The notes below the pieces were generated by a model, which was not told where the DNA came from, searched no databases, and saw only the letters and a list, made by a program, of their open reading frames with translations. From the NCBI GenBank assembly GCA_965243135.1, contig OZ251539.1, positions 3,392,001-3,456,000 of the forward strand: a stretch of DNA of 64,000 nt. Reading direction: 5' to 3'. Shown piece by piece: positions 1 to 12,583 of this stretch. Origin of the DNA: Alphaproteobacteria bacterium. Lineage in GTDB: Bacteria; Pseudomonadota; Alphaproteobacteria; MPNO01; UBA830. How positions within the stretch are numbered: position 1 is the stretch's first letter; every line of letters begins with the position of its first letter. The position numbers and the translations under genes were made by a program.

Positions 1-356
1 ATAACGGCGTCCATCCCGGCCGCGCGGATAGGCTCCTCGACCGGCTTTGGCGCGTCGCGCGGGAGCGCCGTCTCCGAATCCTCATTAGCAGTCACAACCC
101 CGCTCTGCTGGACGCATTGCCGCTCGAGACAGTTCCGAACGTCGTGTTCTGCTATCGGGATCCTGAAACGGGTTTCAGCCGGTTGACAAGCCTGGAGGAC
201 CTCCCGGACTACCCGGAACTCGTCGCGCAGGGAACGATCGGCCGCCTTATAACTCGCGGCATCCTCGACCGTTTCGTAAAGCGCCGCCCACGTTCGGAAG
301 AAAAGCTTCGACGCAATCAAGCTTGGCTCGCCGAACTATGGAAACGGACTGGATAA
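1..356 (+). CDS. C-terminal part of AAA_21/ABC-type ATPase (AbiEii/RloA-like); 5' end outside window
   Basis: Frame open from position 3: NGVHP (D-loop-like) ... LISSHNPALLD (H-loop), continuing into ORF 117..356. Confidence 0.7.
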   Translation, partial: NGVHPGRADRLLDRLWRVARERRLRILISSHNPALLDALPLETVPNVVFCYRDPETGFSRLTSLEDLPDYPELVAQGTIGRLITRGILDRFVKRRPRSEEKLRRNQAWLAELWKRTG

Positions 357-903
357 CCAGCAGCGTCCGAAATCGTCATCGTCAACACGAGCGCGCCATT
401 CAGCGCGGTTTCCGGCCGCGAGACGGTTCGCGAGGGGATGCCGTCGGCGCGAGCTTGTTGTCGCCGCTGGCGGTCGTGACCGGCAATCGCGTCGCCAAAT
501 CATCGAACGGCAGACGGTTGCAACGAAATTCCGCTATGAAATCCGCGAGGCGCTGAACTGACAAAGCCCGCGGATCCAGCTGGCCGGAACCGAGCTTCTC
601 GCCGACGATTCAAAGAACGGTCAACGCCAGCAGCCCCAAGACCACGACGATGCCCGCCGTCGTAACGAAAAGCAGCTTCGCGAAACCTTCCCATCCCTGC
701 CGATGCCGGACGATTTCGCCTTCGGTGTCCCAAGCCATTTTTCCTCCGTGCCGAGTATTTCGCACGACGTGTATACCCAAATCCCGGCCGAACGTGAACC
801 GGGCTGAGGCGTTCGCTCCGCCCCGCGCCGGTCGGCGCCCGGTCGCCTGCCGGCCAAGCGCGAGAACGGCCAGCCGACCGGCCAGCCCGCCGACGCTCCC
901 TCG

Positions 904-1538
904 CTATTCCGGGTTGAGCAACATCGCCCGGCCGCGCTCCGCGCCGTCGATCCGCACTCTTCCGCCTTCGAGGCGAACCCTGTTCTCGGCGATAAGCCGG
1001 ACGGCCAGCGGGTAGCATCGATGTTCGGCGGCGAGCACCCTGGCGGCGAGCGTTTCCGGATCGTCGCCGTCGAGCACCGGCACCGCGGCCTGCGCGATGA
1101 TCGGCCCCGAATCCATCTCCGGCCGGACGAAGTGCACGGTGCAGCCCGCGATGCGAACTCCGTCGGCCAACGCCCGTTCGTGAGTGCGGAGTCCCTTGTA
1201 GGAGGGCAACAGCGACGGATGGACGTTGATCAGCCGGTCTCGCCAGCGGTCGACGAAGCCGCGCGTGAGAAGCCGCATGAATCCGGCGAGGCATACGAGC
1301 TCCGCGCCGGCCCCGGTCAGCTCCGCATGCAACGCCTCCTCGAATTCCTCCCGCCCGGGAAAAGCCCGGTGATCGACCACGGCGGTTCGAACGCCGGCTT
1401 CGACGGCGTAGGCCAGTCCGGCGGCCGACGGCGCGTTCGACGCGACCAGAGAGATTTCCGCAGGCCAGGAAGGCTGCCGGGCCGCTTGCAGCAACGCGCG
1501 CAGGTTGGATCCCCGGCCGGAGATCAGAACGGCGATCT

Positions 1539-1551
<13 letters not shown>
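904..1551 (-). CDS. purN: Phosphoribosylglycinamide formyltransferase
   Basis: [36 protein letters not shown] motifs; TTG start at 1551 overlaps purM end. Confidence 0.95.
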
Positions 1552-2588
<1,037 letters not shown>

Positions 2589-2651
2589 CTGGCTTATCCT
2601 GCATGGTAGAATCCTCGCATGAAAATAAACGGCACCCGCGAAGGCGGCAAC

Positions 2652-3776
2652 ATGCGCGACCTGCCGGCGAGGGGCGTTCGGCCGCTTCTCGCGGCAGCGA
2701 TCGTTTTCCTCGGCGTTTCCGGAGCCGCGGGGTCGCCGGACGTCTACACCGTGTCCGGCGTCGAGGTGGACGAAACGGCGGAAACGGCCGCCGCGGCCCG
2801 CGACCGGGCCATCGCCGCGGGCCACCTGCTGGCGTTCGAGCGGCTCGCCGCGCGACTGGCGCCGCGCGCCGGACGGAAACGGCTGCCGCCGCCGGACGCG
2901 CCGCGGATCGCTGCCATGGTCGGCAGCTTCGGGATCGACGAGGAAAGGGCCTCCGACGTCCGCTATCTCGGAAAGTTGACCTTCCGTTTTCGGAAAGCCG
3001 AGGTGAGGCGGTATTTCCGATCGAACGGGGTGAGTTTCGCGGAAACCCGGTCGAAGCCCGTTCTGGTGTTGCCCCTTTACGAGGATGCGGGCGCGCTTCT
3101 CCTGTGGGACAAGCCCAACCCGTGGTTCGAGGCATGGAGGGCGTTGCTTCCGGTCGACGGGCTGCTGCCGCTGCTTCTGCCCGCCGGAGACCTCGCCGAC
3201 ATTCGCGACCTGAGCCCCGAGCAAGCGGCGAGGGGAGAGGCGGATCGTCTGAAGGCGCTCGCCGACCGCCATGGCGCGGCGTTCGTCGCAGTCGCGCGGG
3301 CCGGCGCCCGCATTCGCTCCGGCTCGCGGTCATTAACGGTCGCGATCCGGTTTTTCGGAGGCGAACGCCGCGAGAAGACGGAAACGCTGGAGGTCGCGTA
3401 CGACGGCAGGGACGGCCTTGGCGCGGTCATCCAACGGGCGGCGCGAGACGCCGCCGAGCGGCTCGAGGACGACTGGAAGACAGCGAACCTGCTGCGATTC
3501 GACGACCGGCATGAACTCGTCGCCGCGGTTCCGTTGGCGGGCCTGCGTGACTGGGTGGCGATCCGCTCGCGGCTTCGCTCGGCCGAACCGCTGAGCGAAG
3601 CGAGGCTGGTTTCGATTTCCAGACGCGAAGCGACGGTGCGCCTGAGCTACTTCGGCGCCTCCGATCAATTGCGCCTCGCGCTCGCGCAGCGCGACCTCCT
3701 TCTCGAAGAGGTATCGGGGAACTGGACGCTGCGTCGAACGCCGACCGACTTCCAAGGCGAGGAAGACGCCCGGTGA
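2652..3776 (+). CDS. DUF2066-like exported protein
   Basis: Signal-peptide-like N-terminus, YTVSGVEVD...[14 protein letters not shown]; usual position divergent from purM. Confidence 0.75.
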   Translation: MRDLPARGVRPLLAAAIVFLGVSGAAGSPDVYTVSGVEVDETAETAAAARDRAIAAGHLLAFERLAARLAPRAGRKRLPPPDAPRIAAMVGSFGIDEERASDVRYLGKLTFRFRKAEVRRYFRSNGVSFAETRSKPVLVLPLYEDAGALLLWDKPNPWFEAWRALLPVDGLLPLLLPAGDLADIRDLSPEQAARGEADRLKALADRHGAAFVAVARAGARIRSGSRSLTVAIRFFGGERREKTETLEVAYDGRDGLGAVIQRAARDAAERLEDDWKTANLLRFDDRHELVAAVPLAGLRDWVAIRSRLRSAEPLSEARLVSISRREATVRLSYFGASDQLRLALAQRDLLLEEVSGNWTLRRTPTDFQGEEDAR

Positions 3777-4339
3777 ATCTGGCCAACGCGATCACGCTCG
3801 GACGTCTGCTGTCGGTGCCCGTTACCGTATACCTCCTGATGCAATCCGCCTACATGGCGGCGTTCCTGGCGTTCCTTCTGGCCGGCGCGTCGGACGCGCT
3901 CGACGGTTATCTCGCCAAGAAGCACAACCAGGCGACCCAGATCGGCGCCATGCTCGATCCGCTGGCCGACAAGGCATTGCTGGTGGGCGTCTACGTCACG
4001 CTGGGACTGCAGGAGATTCTCGCGGACTGGCTCGTCGTCCTGGTGGTCTCCCGCGACGTCATGATCGTCGGCGGCGTCATCCTGCTGTTTCTGGTGCGGC
4101 TGGACGTCAAGATGCGCCCGCTGGTCGTGAGCAAAATCAACACGGCGGCGCAGATCGGGCTGGCGGCCTTCGTTCTCGCGCAGCTCGGGTTCACGCAACT
4201 CGGTCTCGCGTTCGGAAACGTATGGCTGGAGAGCGCGCTGATCTATCTCGTGGCCGCCACCACGGTGATTTCCGGCGCCAGCTACGTCGTCGCCTGGACG
4301 CGCCAGATGGCGGGCACGGAGTCGACGCGCCGGCTGTGA
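3773..4339 (+). CDS. CDP-alcohol phosphatidyltransferase family protein
   Basis: [10 protein letters not shown] and D(A)LDG(Y)LA...G..LDP.ADK signature. Confidence 0.9.
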   Translation: MNLANAITLGRLLSVPVTVYLLMQSAYMAAFLAFLLAGASDALDGYLAKKHNQATQIGAMLDPLADKALLVGVYVTLGLQEILADWLVVLVVSRDVMIVGGVILLFLVRLDVKMRPLVVSKINTAAQIGLAAFVLAQLGFTQLGLAFGNVWLESALIYLVAATTVISGASYVVAWTRQMAGTESTRRL

Positions 4340-4992
4340 CCATCGACGCGCAACTGACGCTGAACCTGGATCACCGTCCGGCGATGGAGCGAGAGGACTT
4401 CCTGGTCTCGCCCGCCAACGCGGAGGCGGTGGAATGGGTCGATCGGTGGCCCGAATGGCCGGGTTCGGCCATCGTCATCGTGGGCCCCGCCGGCAGCGGC
4501 AAGAGTCATCTCGGCCATGTCTGGCGGAAACGTTCGCAAGCGGCGTTCGTCGGTCCCGACGCGACGCCCGACCCGGCCGCGACGCCGAAAAACGTTTTCG
4601 TGGACGACGTGGACTCGCAGAATCGCGACGCCTTCATCTTTCATCTTTACAACGCGGTTTCCCGCGACGGCGGACACGCGCTGCTGACGACGCGCACGCC
4701 GCCTGCGCGCTGGACCGGACGGCTTCCCGACCTCGCCTCGCGTCTGGCCGCCGTCCCCACCGTACGTATCCGTCCGCCCGACGAAACGTTGATCTCCGCC
4801 TTGATCGTGAAGATGTTCGCCGACCGGCAACTGGACGTGGAAACCGAAGTCGTCGAATACATGGCGACGCGCATGGAGCGGTCCTTCGAAACGGCGCGCG
4901 AGCTGGTGGCCGAGCTGGATCGGGTTTCTCTGGCCGGCCGGCGACGCGTCACGGTGCCGCTGGTTCGCGACGTTCTGGACCGTCGCGGATAG
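4336..4992 (+). CDS. hdaA: DnaA regulatory inactivator Hda/HdaA
   Basis: QLTLNL clamp-binding-like motif, Walker A GPAGSGKS, LPDLASRL, MERSF; GTG at 4336 overlaps upstream stop. Confidence 0.85.
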   Translation: MTIDAQLTLNLDHRPAMEREDFLVSPANAEAVEWVDRWPEWPGSAIVIVGPAGSGKSHLGHVWRKRSQAAFVGPDATPDPAATPKNVFVDDVDSQNRDAFIFHLYNAVSRDGGHALLTTRTPPARWTGRLPDLASRLAAVPTVRIRPPDETLISALIVKMFADRQLDVETEVVEYMATRMERSFETARELVAELDRVSLAGRRRVTVPLVRDVLDRRG

Positions 4993-6072
4993 AAGGCTTG
5001 CGTCAGCGTTGTCCTCGCCGCCGTCGGCCGGAGATCATCGGGCGGGCGCGTCCGCCGCCGCCTCCCGGCCGGAGAATTCCGGGGCTTGGAGCTCGCGCGC
5101 TTCGATTTCGACCCGGTTCACCTCCGGTATTTCCGCGCCGGCCGGAGCGGCGCCGAGAGACTCGAATTTTCTGGCGGTCGGCAGTACCCGCCCTTCCAGA
5201 GAGCCGACCCCTTTGTTGTACCGTTCGACGGCCTGGCGGAGCGAACGGCCGAGACCGTCCATATGCGTTCCGAAGATCTTGATCCGTTCGAACAGATCGT
5301 TCGCGAGATCGACGACAGCTTGCGTGTTTTCGGCAAGTTTCTGCTGCTGCCATCCGTAGCCGATCGCCTTCACGAGCGCGATGAACGTCGTGGGCGTGGC
5401 GATCAGAACGCGATCCTTTATGGCGCGTTCGAAGAGTTCGGGATCGCTTTCGATGGCGGCCGCGAAGAACGCCTCGCCAGGGACGAACATCACGACAAAA
5501 TCCGGGGTGACGGGCAACGCCTTCCAGTACTCCTTCGAGGCGAGCGCGCGGACATGGTTGCGCACGTGCCGGGCGTGGTTCGCGATGAAAGCGGTCCGCT
5601 GCTCCTCGTCGCTGGTTTCCACGGCGTCAAGATATGCTTCAAGGGGCGTTTTCGCATCGACGATGACCGACTTGCCGCCCGGCAGGCGGACGATCACGTC
5701 CGGTCGCAGTTGCCCGTCTTCCCCGGGAACCGCCTGCTCCTCGACGAAATCCACATGCTCGGTCATTCCGGCCATTTCGAGCACGTTATGAAGCTGGTAC
5801 TCGCCCCATCTTCCGCGGGTCTTGGGTTGTCGAAGCGCCTGCACCAGGCGGTTGGTTTCGAAACGCAGGTTCGTTTGTCCTTCCGTCAGGTGCTTGATCT
5901 GTTCGGTAACGGAACGATAGGCGCCCTCGCGGGCCTTCTCGATCTCGCCGATCTTGCTTTCGAACTTGACGAGGCCTTCCCCCAGCGGCTTGACCAGCGT
6001 CTCGATCGCCTTCTGGCGTTCCTGGAGGTCCTTGTCCGCATTCGCATGATGCTTCTCGAACCGTTCGCTCGC

Positions 6073-7720
6073 CAGCAATTCCCGCTAAGGCTCGAAACCC
6101 TTGAAAAATATGGGGCCGGAAAAAAGTCTTTCGTGGACTTTTCGAGGTGATTCGGGGCTATTTGCCTTCGAGCGGAGCATTTTTCTCTGGAAAGTGGTCC
6201 GAAGGCGAGGCGGGATTGTACCAAAATGGCCAGAATACCAGGCATGCGCAAGACGCTCAGCGCTCCGGGATTGCTGAAGGAAGTGCGAGCTTGTTTCGAC
6301 CGTATTGAAGATCCGATCGCGAGCCGGGGGCTGAACCAGACGGACTGTCTGATGTCGGGTCTAGCGGTGTTCGGTATGAAGTATGCGTCGCTTCTGCAAT
6401 TCGACGAAGCCGCGCACGCCGACGAAGCGGTTCGGCACAACCTCGCGACCTTATACGGCGTCAAGCGCGTGCCGTCGGACACTGCGATGCGCGAACGGCT
6501 TGACGAAGTCTGTCCGCGGCAATTGCGGCGTTGTTTCACGAAGATGTTCCAGGTTTTGCAACGAGGCAAGGGGTTGGAACAATACACTTGTCTGAACGGG
6601 CATTACGCTCTTTCGATCGATGGAACGGGATACTTCTCGTCGAACAAGGTGCACTGTAAAAATTGCTGCGAGAAACACCACCGCGACGGTACGATTACCT
6701 ACTACCACCAGATGTTGGGAGCCGTTCTGGTGCATCCGGAACAAAAGGAGGTTTTTCCGTTTGCACCGGAACCGATCCTGAAGGAAGACGGCGCAAAAAA
6801 GAACGATTGCGAACGCAACGCAGCGAAACGGCTTCTGGAAGATGTGCGTCGTGAACACCCGCACCTGAAGCTGGTTGTGTTGGAAGATGGGCTGGCCTCG
6901 AACGGACCACATGTCAATCTTCTCAAGGAGTTAGACATGCGTTTCATACTGGGGGCGAAGCCCGGCGACCACAAATTCCTGTTCGAGTGGGTCAACAACG
7001 CGCCGTCCGTGGAGCGCCGGGAGTTCACGGACGGTGACAACATACGGCACGAATTCCGGTATCTCAACGGAGTGCCTCTGAACGATACGCACTTCGACCT
7101 CAAAGTGAACTTTCTCGAATACTGGGAGAAGCTCCCAAACGGTAAGAAACAACGTTTCTCCTGGGTCACGGATCTGCCAATCGACGAAGGGAACCTGATG
7201 GAGTTGATGCGCACCGGGCGGGCGCGCTGGAAGATCGAGAACGAAACTTTCAACACCCTGAAGAACCAAGGCTACTGCTTTGAGCACAACTTCGGTCACG
7301 GTAACAAGAATCTGTCGACGGTCTTTGCGTTCCTGATGATGCTGGCGTTCCTGATTGACCAGATTCAACAGCGATGTTGCAAACTGTTCCAACAGGCACA
7401 AACGAAGGCCAAGCGGCCCATTTACTTCTGGGAAAAGGCGCGGGGATTGTTTCTCGAATACTTCTTGAAGGACTGGGAAACACTCTACCGAATGATCGCG
7501 TTTGGATACCGGAAAGCAGAGGGAATTCCCTACGACACCTCCTGACCTGGCACCGTGACCGAATGTGCTAAAGCAAGTTTTTCAGGGGAAACAGGATGGT
7601 CAAGGCTAAGTCGGCACCAAGCCGAAGCGGGGAAGGTGCGTCGCGGCGGCTGATCCCTCGGTAACGACGCTATCTCGACGCGCCTTTCGCAAAGGGCGGC
7701 CACCTTAGCGGGAATTTCTG
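6073..7720 (+). mobile_element. Insertion sequence, 1648 bp; probably ISNCY (ISMae2-like: CAG ends, 9-bp DR)
   Basis: IRL 6073-6090 CAGCAATTCCCGCTAAGG vs IRR 7703-7720 (17/18 match); 9-bp direct repeat TTCGCTCGC at 6064-6072 and 7721-7729; lower GC. Family assignment from recalled subgroup properties. Confidence 0.93.
6226..7545 (+). CDS. DDE transposase
   Basis: SIDGTG, LEDGL and R..GRARWKIENETFN.LK..GY..EHNFGHG motifs; lies between the IRs. Confidence 0.93.
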   Translation: MARIPGMRKTLSAPGLLKEVRACFDRIEDPIASRGLNQTDCLMSGLAVFGMKYASLLQFDEAAHADEAVRHNLATLYGVKRVPSDTAMRERLDEVCPRQLRRCFTKMFQVLQRGKGLEQYTCLNGHYALSIDGTGYFSSNKVHCKNCCEKHHRDGTITYYHQMLGAVLVHPEQKEVFPFAPEPILKEDGAKKNDCERNAAKRLLEDVRREHPHLKLVVLEDGLASNGPHVNLLKELDMRFILGAKPGDHKFLFEWVNNAPSVERREFTDGDNIRHEFRYLNGVPLNDTHFDLKVNFLEYWEKLPNGKKQRFSWVTDLPIDEGNLMELMRTGRARWKIENETFNTLKNQGYCFEHNFGHGNKNLSTVFAFLMMLAFLIDQIQQRCCKLFQQAQTKAKRPIYFWEKARGLFLEYFLKDWETLYRMIAFGYRKAEGIPYDTS

Positions 7721-8565
7721 TTCGCTCGCGAGCTTCAGGAAGTTCTCGCTGGTCTTTCCGAGCGCCTCCGCCGCGAGCGCCGTGAACTTTCGCTCGATTT
7801 CGACGCCCATCCTTTCCAGCTCTTCGACCCGAGCGGCATGACTCTTGCGTTCGGTCTCCAGCGTCGCGCGGGTTTCGGCGAGTTCGCCGTTCACCGTTTC
7901 GAGTTGCGAACGGAGCTTTCCGACCTCCTGCTCCAGCTGCTGCGAGCGCCGAGCCTCCACCTCAACAGCGGCTTTTTCGACCGCCAGCGCTTCGCGCTCC
8001 GTCCGGCCGCTTTCGATCCGTTCCTCCATCTCGATCGTTCGCGCCTCCGCCTTGGAAGCCCTCGCCTTCATCGGCACGGCGAACGCGAAATACGCGATAC
8101 CGGCTCCGACGAAGCCGGCCGCCACGCCCACAATGATTTGGAGTTCCATTTCGCTCCCCTTTCCGTTCGACGCGCCAGCATGGCCTCGAGTCCGCCGAGC
8201 CGGGCCCGCAGGCGGTTGCCGACGCGCCACTGCCCCCGACGTCTGCATCATCGCAAGTCGAACGTTTCTTCTGTTCGTTGACGGAAAAACAGCTGAGACG
8301 AGGCGTCCGCCATTCGACTGCCGATCCTGAGCAAGCCGCCTATAATGTCAACGATGACCTGTGCACCGCCGTTGTTCGACGATCTTGCGACACCGTCGGC
8401 GTCCACCTTCGAACTGCGTAAGGGCCGGAACCGGCCTGCGCCAGAACGCCGCGACGGACAGGTGGCGAAAGGGAGAAACGTGAACGGCGAGAACATCGAC
8501 AACTGCATCTCTCTCCTCGATGCTCTCCGCAGATATTGTCCAAATCAATCTGGAAGCACCGTGAT

Positions 8566-9862
8566 ATGACTGGGACGCCCGAACAGAAAGCGCGTCGCGA
8601 AATCGACGAGAATCTCACGGCGGCCAGCTGGCTGGTGCAGGGCCTCGACGAGCTTGACCTCACGGCCGGCCGCGGCATCGCCGTGCGCGAGTTTCCGATG
8701 AAGCCGGGTTCCGGCACGGCGGACTACATAACTCTATCTCGACCGCGAGGCCGTCGGCGCGATCGAGGCCAAGGCTGGCGGCACCCTGACCGGCGTCGAG
8801 GCGCAAATCGCCAAATACGCCGCCGGCCTGCCCGACAATCTGCCCGCGCGCCGCCGTCCTCTGCCATTTCTGTTCGAATCCAACGGTTCAGTGACGTACT
8901 TCACCAACGAGCTCGATCCTGCGCCGCACAGTCGGCAGGTGTTCAACTTCCCAAGGCCCGAGACGCTGGCCGACCGGGCCGCGCAACCCATGCAACTGCG
9001 CGCCAGACTTGGAGAGCTGCCGCCGCTCGACGAATCGCGACTCTGGTCCGTACAAGCCCGCGCCGTCCGCAATCTTGAGGGATCCTTCGCCGAAGCTCAT
9101 CCGCACGCCCTGATGGCGACAGGTTCCGGCAAGACCTTCACAGCGGTCAACGTCGTTTATCGCCTGTTAAGGTTCGGCGAGGCCAAGCGCATCCTCTTCC
9201 TGGTGGACCGAAGCAATCTCGGCAAACAAACGGAAAACGAGTTCGCGAACTTCACGCCGCCCGACGATCCGCGCAAGTCCCCGGAGCTCTACACGGTCCA
9301 GCGGCTTTCGACAAATTCGATCAATCCTGCCGCCAACGTGGTCATCACCACCATCCAACGCCTCTATTCGATGCTCAAGGACGATCCCGAGTTCGACGCC
9401 GGAAACGAGGAAGAATCCGGCTTCGACGCCGCCGTCCCATGGCGCAGCGAGCCGCCGGACGTAGTCTACAACGCCGCTATCCCGCCGGAGTTCTTCGATT
9501 TCGTCGTCGTGGACGAACGCCACCGATCAATCTACGACCTGTGGAGTCAAGTCTTGCTCTATTTCGATTCCTTCATGATTCGGACTGACCGCCACGCCCG
9601 CCGGCAAGACCGTCGGTTTCTTCAACCAGAACCTCGTCATGCAATACGGCCACGACGAGGCGGTCATCGACGGAGTCAACGCGGACTTCGACGTCTACCG
9701 CATTCGGACAAAGATCACCGAGCATGTCGCCACCAGCCTCGCCATCGAGCCGGACGATTTCGAGGGTTCGGCCAGCACGCCGACCTCGGTCTCGCGCACG
9801 CGCTGTTCGGCGACAAACTCAGGCCGATGATGGCGGAGTTGAACGAGCGGTTGGCGGCGTGA
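8566..9862 (+). pseudogene. hsdR: Type I restriction enzyme R subunit, frameshifted and internally deleted
   Basis: TPEQKARREID...ADY/IEAK nuclease region, MATGSGKT, FLVDR, DERH (degenerate DExH), GLTATP; frameshifts near 8730 and 9580; abrupt jump to C-terminal ...LFGDKLRPMMAELNERLAA near 9720. Confidence 0.85.
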
Positions 9863-9931
9863 ACGGAGGATCTTGCGCTGTTCGCTCAATCAGCCAATGA
9901 TCTGGTTAGACTGGTCGGAAAGGTTCGCATC

Positions 9932-10189
9932 ATGCAGAGATGGCAGTTGCAGGAAGCCAAGGCACGTCTCAGCGAACTGGTGCGCGAGGCGGCCACTGAT
10001 GGCCCGCAGACGATCACGGTGCGTGGGCAGCGAGCGGCCGTACTCCTTTCGGCGGAGGACTACGATCGTCTGAAACGTCCGAAGTCTTCGCTGGCGGAAC
10101 TGCTGCGGGCGTCGCCGCTGGCCGGGATCGACCTAAACATCAAGCGTGACCGGTCACCACCGCGCGACATCGATCTACGAGCTTCCTGA
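9932..10189 (+). CDS. Phd/YefM family antitoxin
   Basis: WQLQEAKARLSELVREA...GPQTITVRG...AVLLS. Confidence 0.9.
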   Translation: MQRWQLQEAKARLSELVREAATDGPQTITVRGQRAAVLLSAEDYDRLKRPKSSLAELLRASPLAGIDLNIKRDRSPPRDIDLRAS

Positions 10190-10719
10190 TCGACACCTGC
10201 ACACTCTCGGAATTGACCAAGCCCAAACCGCCGTGCTTGGTCCTCGACTGGTTCGACGCGGCGAAGCCCGAGACCCTGTTCATCAGTGTCCTGACGCTCG
10301 GCGAAATCCGCAAGGGCATCGAAAAGATGGACGGTGGTCGCCATCGTGCCCGGATCGTCGGATGGCTGGAAACAGCGTTGCCGCGCTGGTTCGACGACCG
10401 CGTTCTTTCGGTTGACGCCAATGTCGCAGACGAGTGAGGTCGCCTTGTCGCTCGGTCTCGCAACGTCCCAGCCGTTGACGGTCTGATTGCAGCAACCGCC
10501 TCCTGCCATCGCCTCACGGTCGTTACCCGCAACGAGGCCGACTTCGCCGTCACGGGAGTCGACCTGTTCTGGATCAAGGACGAGAGCCTCACCGATACCG
10601 ACTCGTTGCCTGCGCCCCACGTCGTCGCCGCCGAGATCGTTGACGACCTGAAAACGGCTCTGACGCAATTTGCGAAGATCGCGGCTCGGCTGGAACAAGC
10701 GGACATGGCTCGCGATTAA
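10177..10719 (+). pseudogene. VapC PIN toxin remnant fused in frame to an HsdM-like C-terminal tail
   Basis: FLIDT..LSEL, ISVLTLGEIRKG, DGLIAATA..H.LTVVTRN; start ACG at 10177; internal TGA at 10435; from about 10561 reads DLFWIKDESLTDTDSLPAPHVVAAEIVDDL. Confidence 0.8.
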
Positions 10720-11324
10720 ATCGGGCGCCGCGGAGCCTTTCCTCGCCGGGCGCCAAGTACCGTCAGGATCTCGGGCAGCAGCCCGCGCGCGCCTTTGGCG
10801 CCCAGCAAAAGCCCGTCCCGCTCAACCCGCCTCGGCGCGAACGAAATCCTCCGCCCCTGAACGGCGGAAAGTTTCTTGCTGGACATGTCCGTAAACGAAG
10901 ACGCGGCCCCAGCTGAAAATCTTCGGCATGGCGACCTTGGCGTCGGTAAGCGCACCCGGCGGCGCGGCAACGGCCTGACCCACATCCAACCGCTCTCCGA
11001 CGGCGAATTCGTCCGCGAACGCAGAGGGTGCGGCAAAGAGAGCTCCGCCGCCTCGGGATATCGACGCTCGAAACGCATGAAGGATCTTTCCGTTCGGTCG
11101 CGGCCGGCGATCACCCGGAACCTGCCGCCAGCGGCGAAGATCGTCGTCCGCGGGCCAGATCAAAAAAATGGCTCGGCCTCGGCGGAGCGTCCCTCCGTCG
11201 CGATCGTTCCCGGCGCGTTCGGGAAAATGGAACCGCGCCGACCGATCCTTCGTCTGGAGATCCCGCGGACCGCCGCCTTTCCATGCCGCTCGGGTCGCAG
11301 GATGAACCGCAAGCGGCGGCCGCC

Positions 11325-12467
11325 TCAAATCTCCAGAAGTTCGATCTCGGGGCCGCGCGCCGTCAACGCGATCTCGCCGCGCTTAAGGCGCAGCGCATCG
11401 TCCCCGAAGACCTGACGCCGCCAACCGTGGAGGGCCGGAACGTCGTTGCCGTCCGCGAGTTCCTCCAGGTCGCTCGACGAAGCGACCAGTTTCTGGGCGA
11501 CTCCGTGGCGCTGGCACTTTTGCTTGAGCAATATCTTGAGAAGGTCGATCGTCGCCTCGTCGCTCCGCCTTGAATCCCGTTGCGCAGGAACCGACGGGTA
11601 GAGGGACGGGTCCGTCGCGCGAACGCCGTCGAGAACGGCGACGATCTCGGCCGCGCGCTGCTTGCCGACCCGGTTTTGTGCGACGCGGCGCAGGGACATC
11701 AGATCGCCGACCGACCGGGGCGCCGCGGCGCAGATTTCGACGAGGGCCTCGTCCCTGAGAACCCGGATGCGGGGCATGTCGTCCCTCTGCGCCGCGGTTT
11801 CCCTCCACGCCGCCAGCGCCCGCGCCATCGCCAGATCGCGCGGTTTGCGCGTCTTCAACCTCAGGCGCTTCCAAGCGTTTTCCGGATCGATCCGGTAGGT
11901 GTCTAGATCGGTCAGAACCGTCATTTCTTCCGACAGCCACGGAGTCCGGCCGCTGGCTTCCAGCCGCTCCGAAAGCTGTGCGTAGATCGCCCGAAGATGG
12001 GTTACGTCGCTCAAGGCGTAACGAATCTGCTTGGCGCTCAGAGGCCGCTTCATCCAGTCCGTGAACTGCATCGACTTGTCCACCGAACCGCCCGCCAGAT
12101 CGCGAACCAGCCGTTCGTAGCCGACGGAATCGCCGTAGCCGCAAACCATCGCCGCGATTTGGGTGTCGAAGATCGGAACGGGCACCCGCCCCGTCCGATG
12201 GACGAATATCTCCACGTCCTGCCGGGCGGCATGAAAGACCTTGAGAACGCGCTCGTCGTCGAGAAGGGCGAAAAGGGGCGACAGATCGATGCCCGCCGCC
12301 AGCGCGTCGATCGCGCGGGCTTCGTCGGGCGTCCCGACCTGAATCAGCGCCAGAACCGGCCAGTAGGTTCTCTCGCGGAAAAACTCGGTATCGACGGTGA
12401 CGAACGGAAAGCGCGACGCGCGCGCGCAAAACGCCTCGAGGCCCGCGGTCTCGGTGATCAGCGACAT
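11325..12467 (-). CDS. rnd: Ribonuclease D
   Basis: [39 protein letters not shown]; HRDC region. Confidence 0.95.
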   Translation of the reverse strand: MSLITETAGLEAFCARASRFPFVTVDTEFFRERTYWPVLALIQVGTPDEARAIDALAAGIDLSPLFALLDDERVLKVFHAARQDVEIFVHRTGRVPVPIFDTQIAAMVCGYGDSVGYERLVRDLAGGSVDKSMQFTDWMKRPLSAKQIRYALSDVTHLRAIYAQLSERLEASGRTPWLSEEMTVLTDLDTYRIDPENAWKRLRLKTRKPRDLAMARALAAWRETAAQRDDMPRIRVLRDEALVEICAAAPRSVGDLMSLRRVAQNRVGKQRAAEIVAVLDGVRATDPSLYPSVPAQRDSRRSDEATIDLLKILLKQKCQRHGVAQKLVASSSDLEELADGNDVPALHGWRRQVFGDDALRLKRGEIALTARGPEIELLEI

Positions 12468-12583
12468 GGCGTTGTCTTACATGCATTCCCTCCGGACTTG
12501 AAGCGGAACCGCCAAGCATCTACAAACCCGTTGCGCCGCCGTCCCGGGGCGCCGATCGGTCTCGCCAGCGGCAGGTTCCTCGC

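Larger units (their letters stand above)
5035..8149 (-). pseudogene. rmuC: DNA recombination protein RmuC interrupted by an IS
   Basis: 5' part 7721..8149 (TM helix + coiled coil) and 3' part 5035..6072 (RGRWGE, RPDVIVRLPG, IVDAK, DFVVMFVPGE) join in frame as FLKLASERFEK when the IS and one target copy are removed. Confidence 0.92.

Noticed and set aside
8345-8569. 74-aa ORF overlapping TATAAT upstream of hsdR
   Set aside because: No recognisable motif, RBS or well-spaced -35
10720-11324. Several 130-180-aa ORFs between the R-M remnant and rnd
   Set aside because: Arg/Pro/Ala-rich, no motifs, mutually overlapping; likely non-coding or decayed
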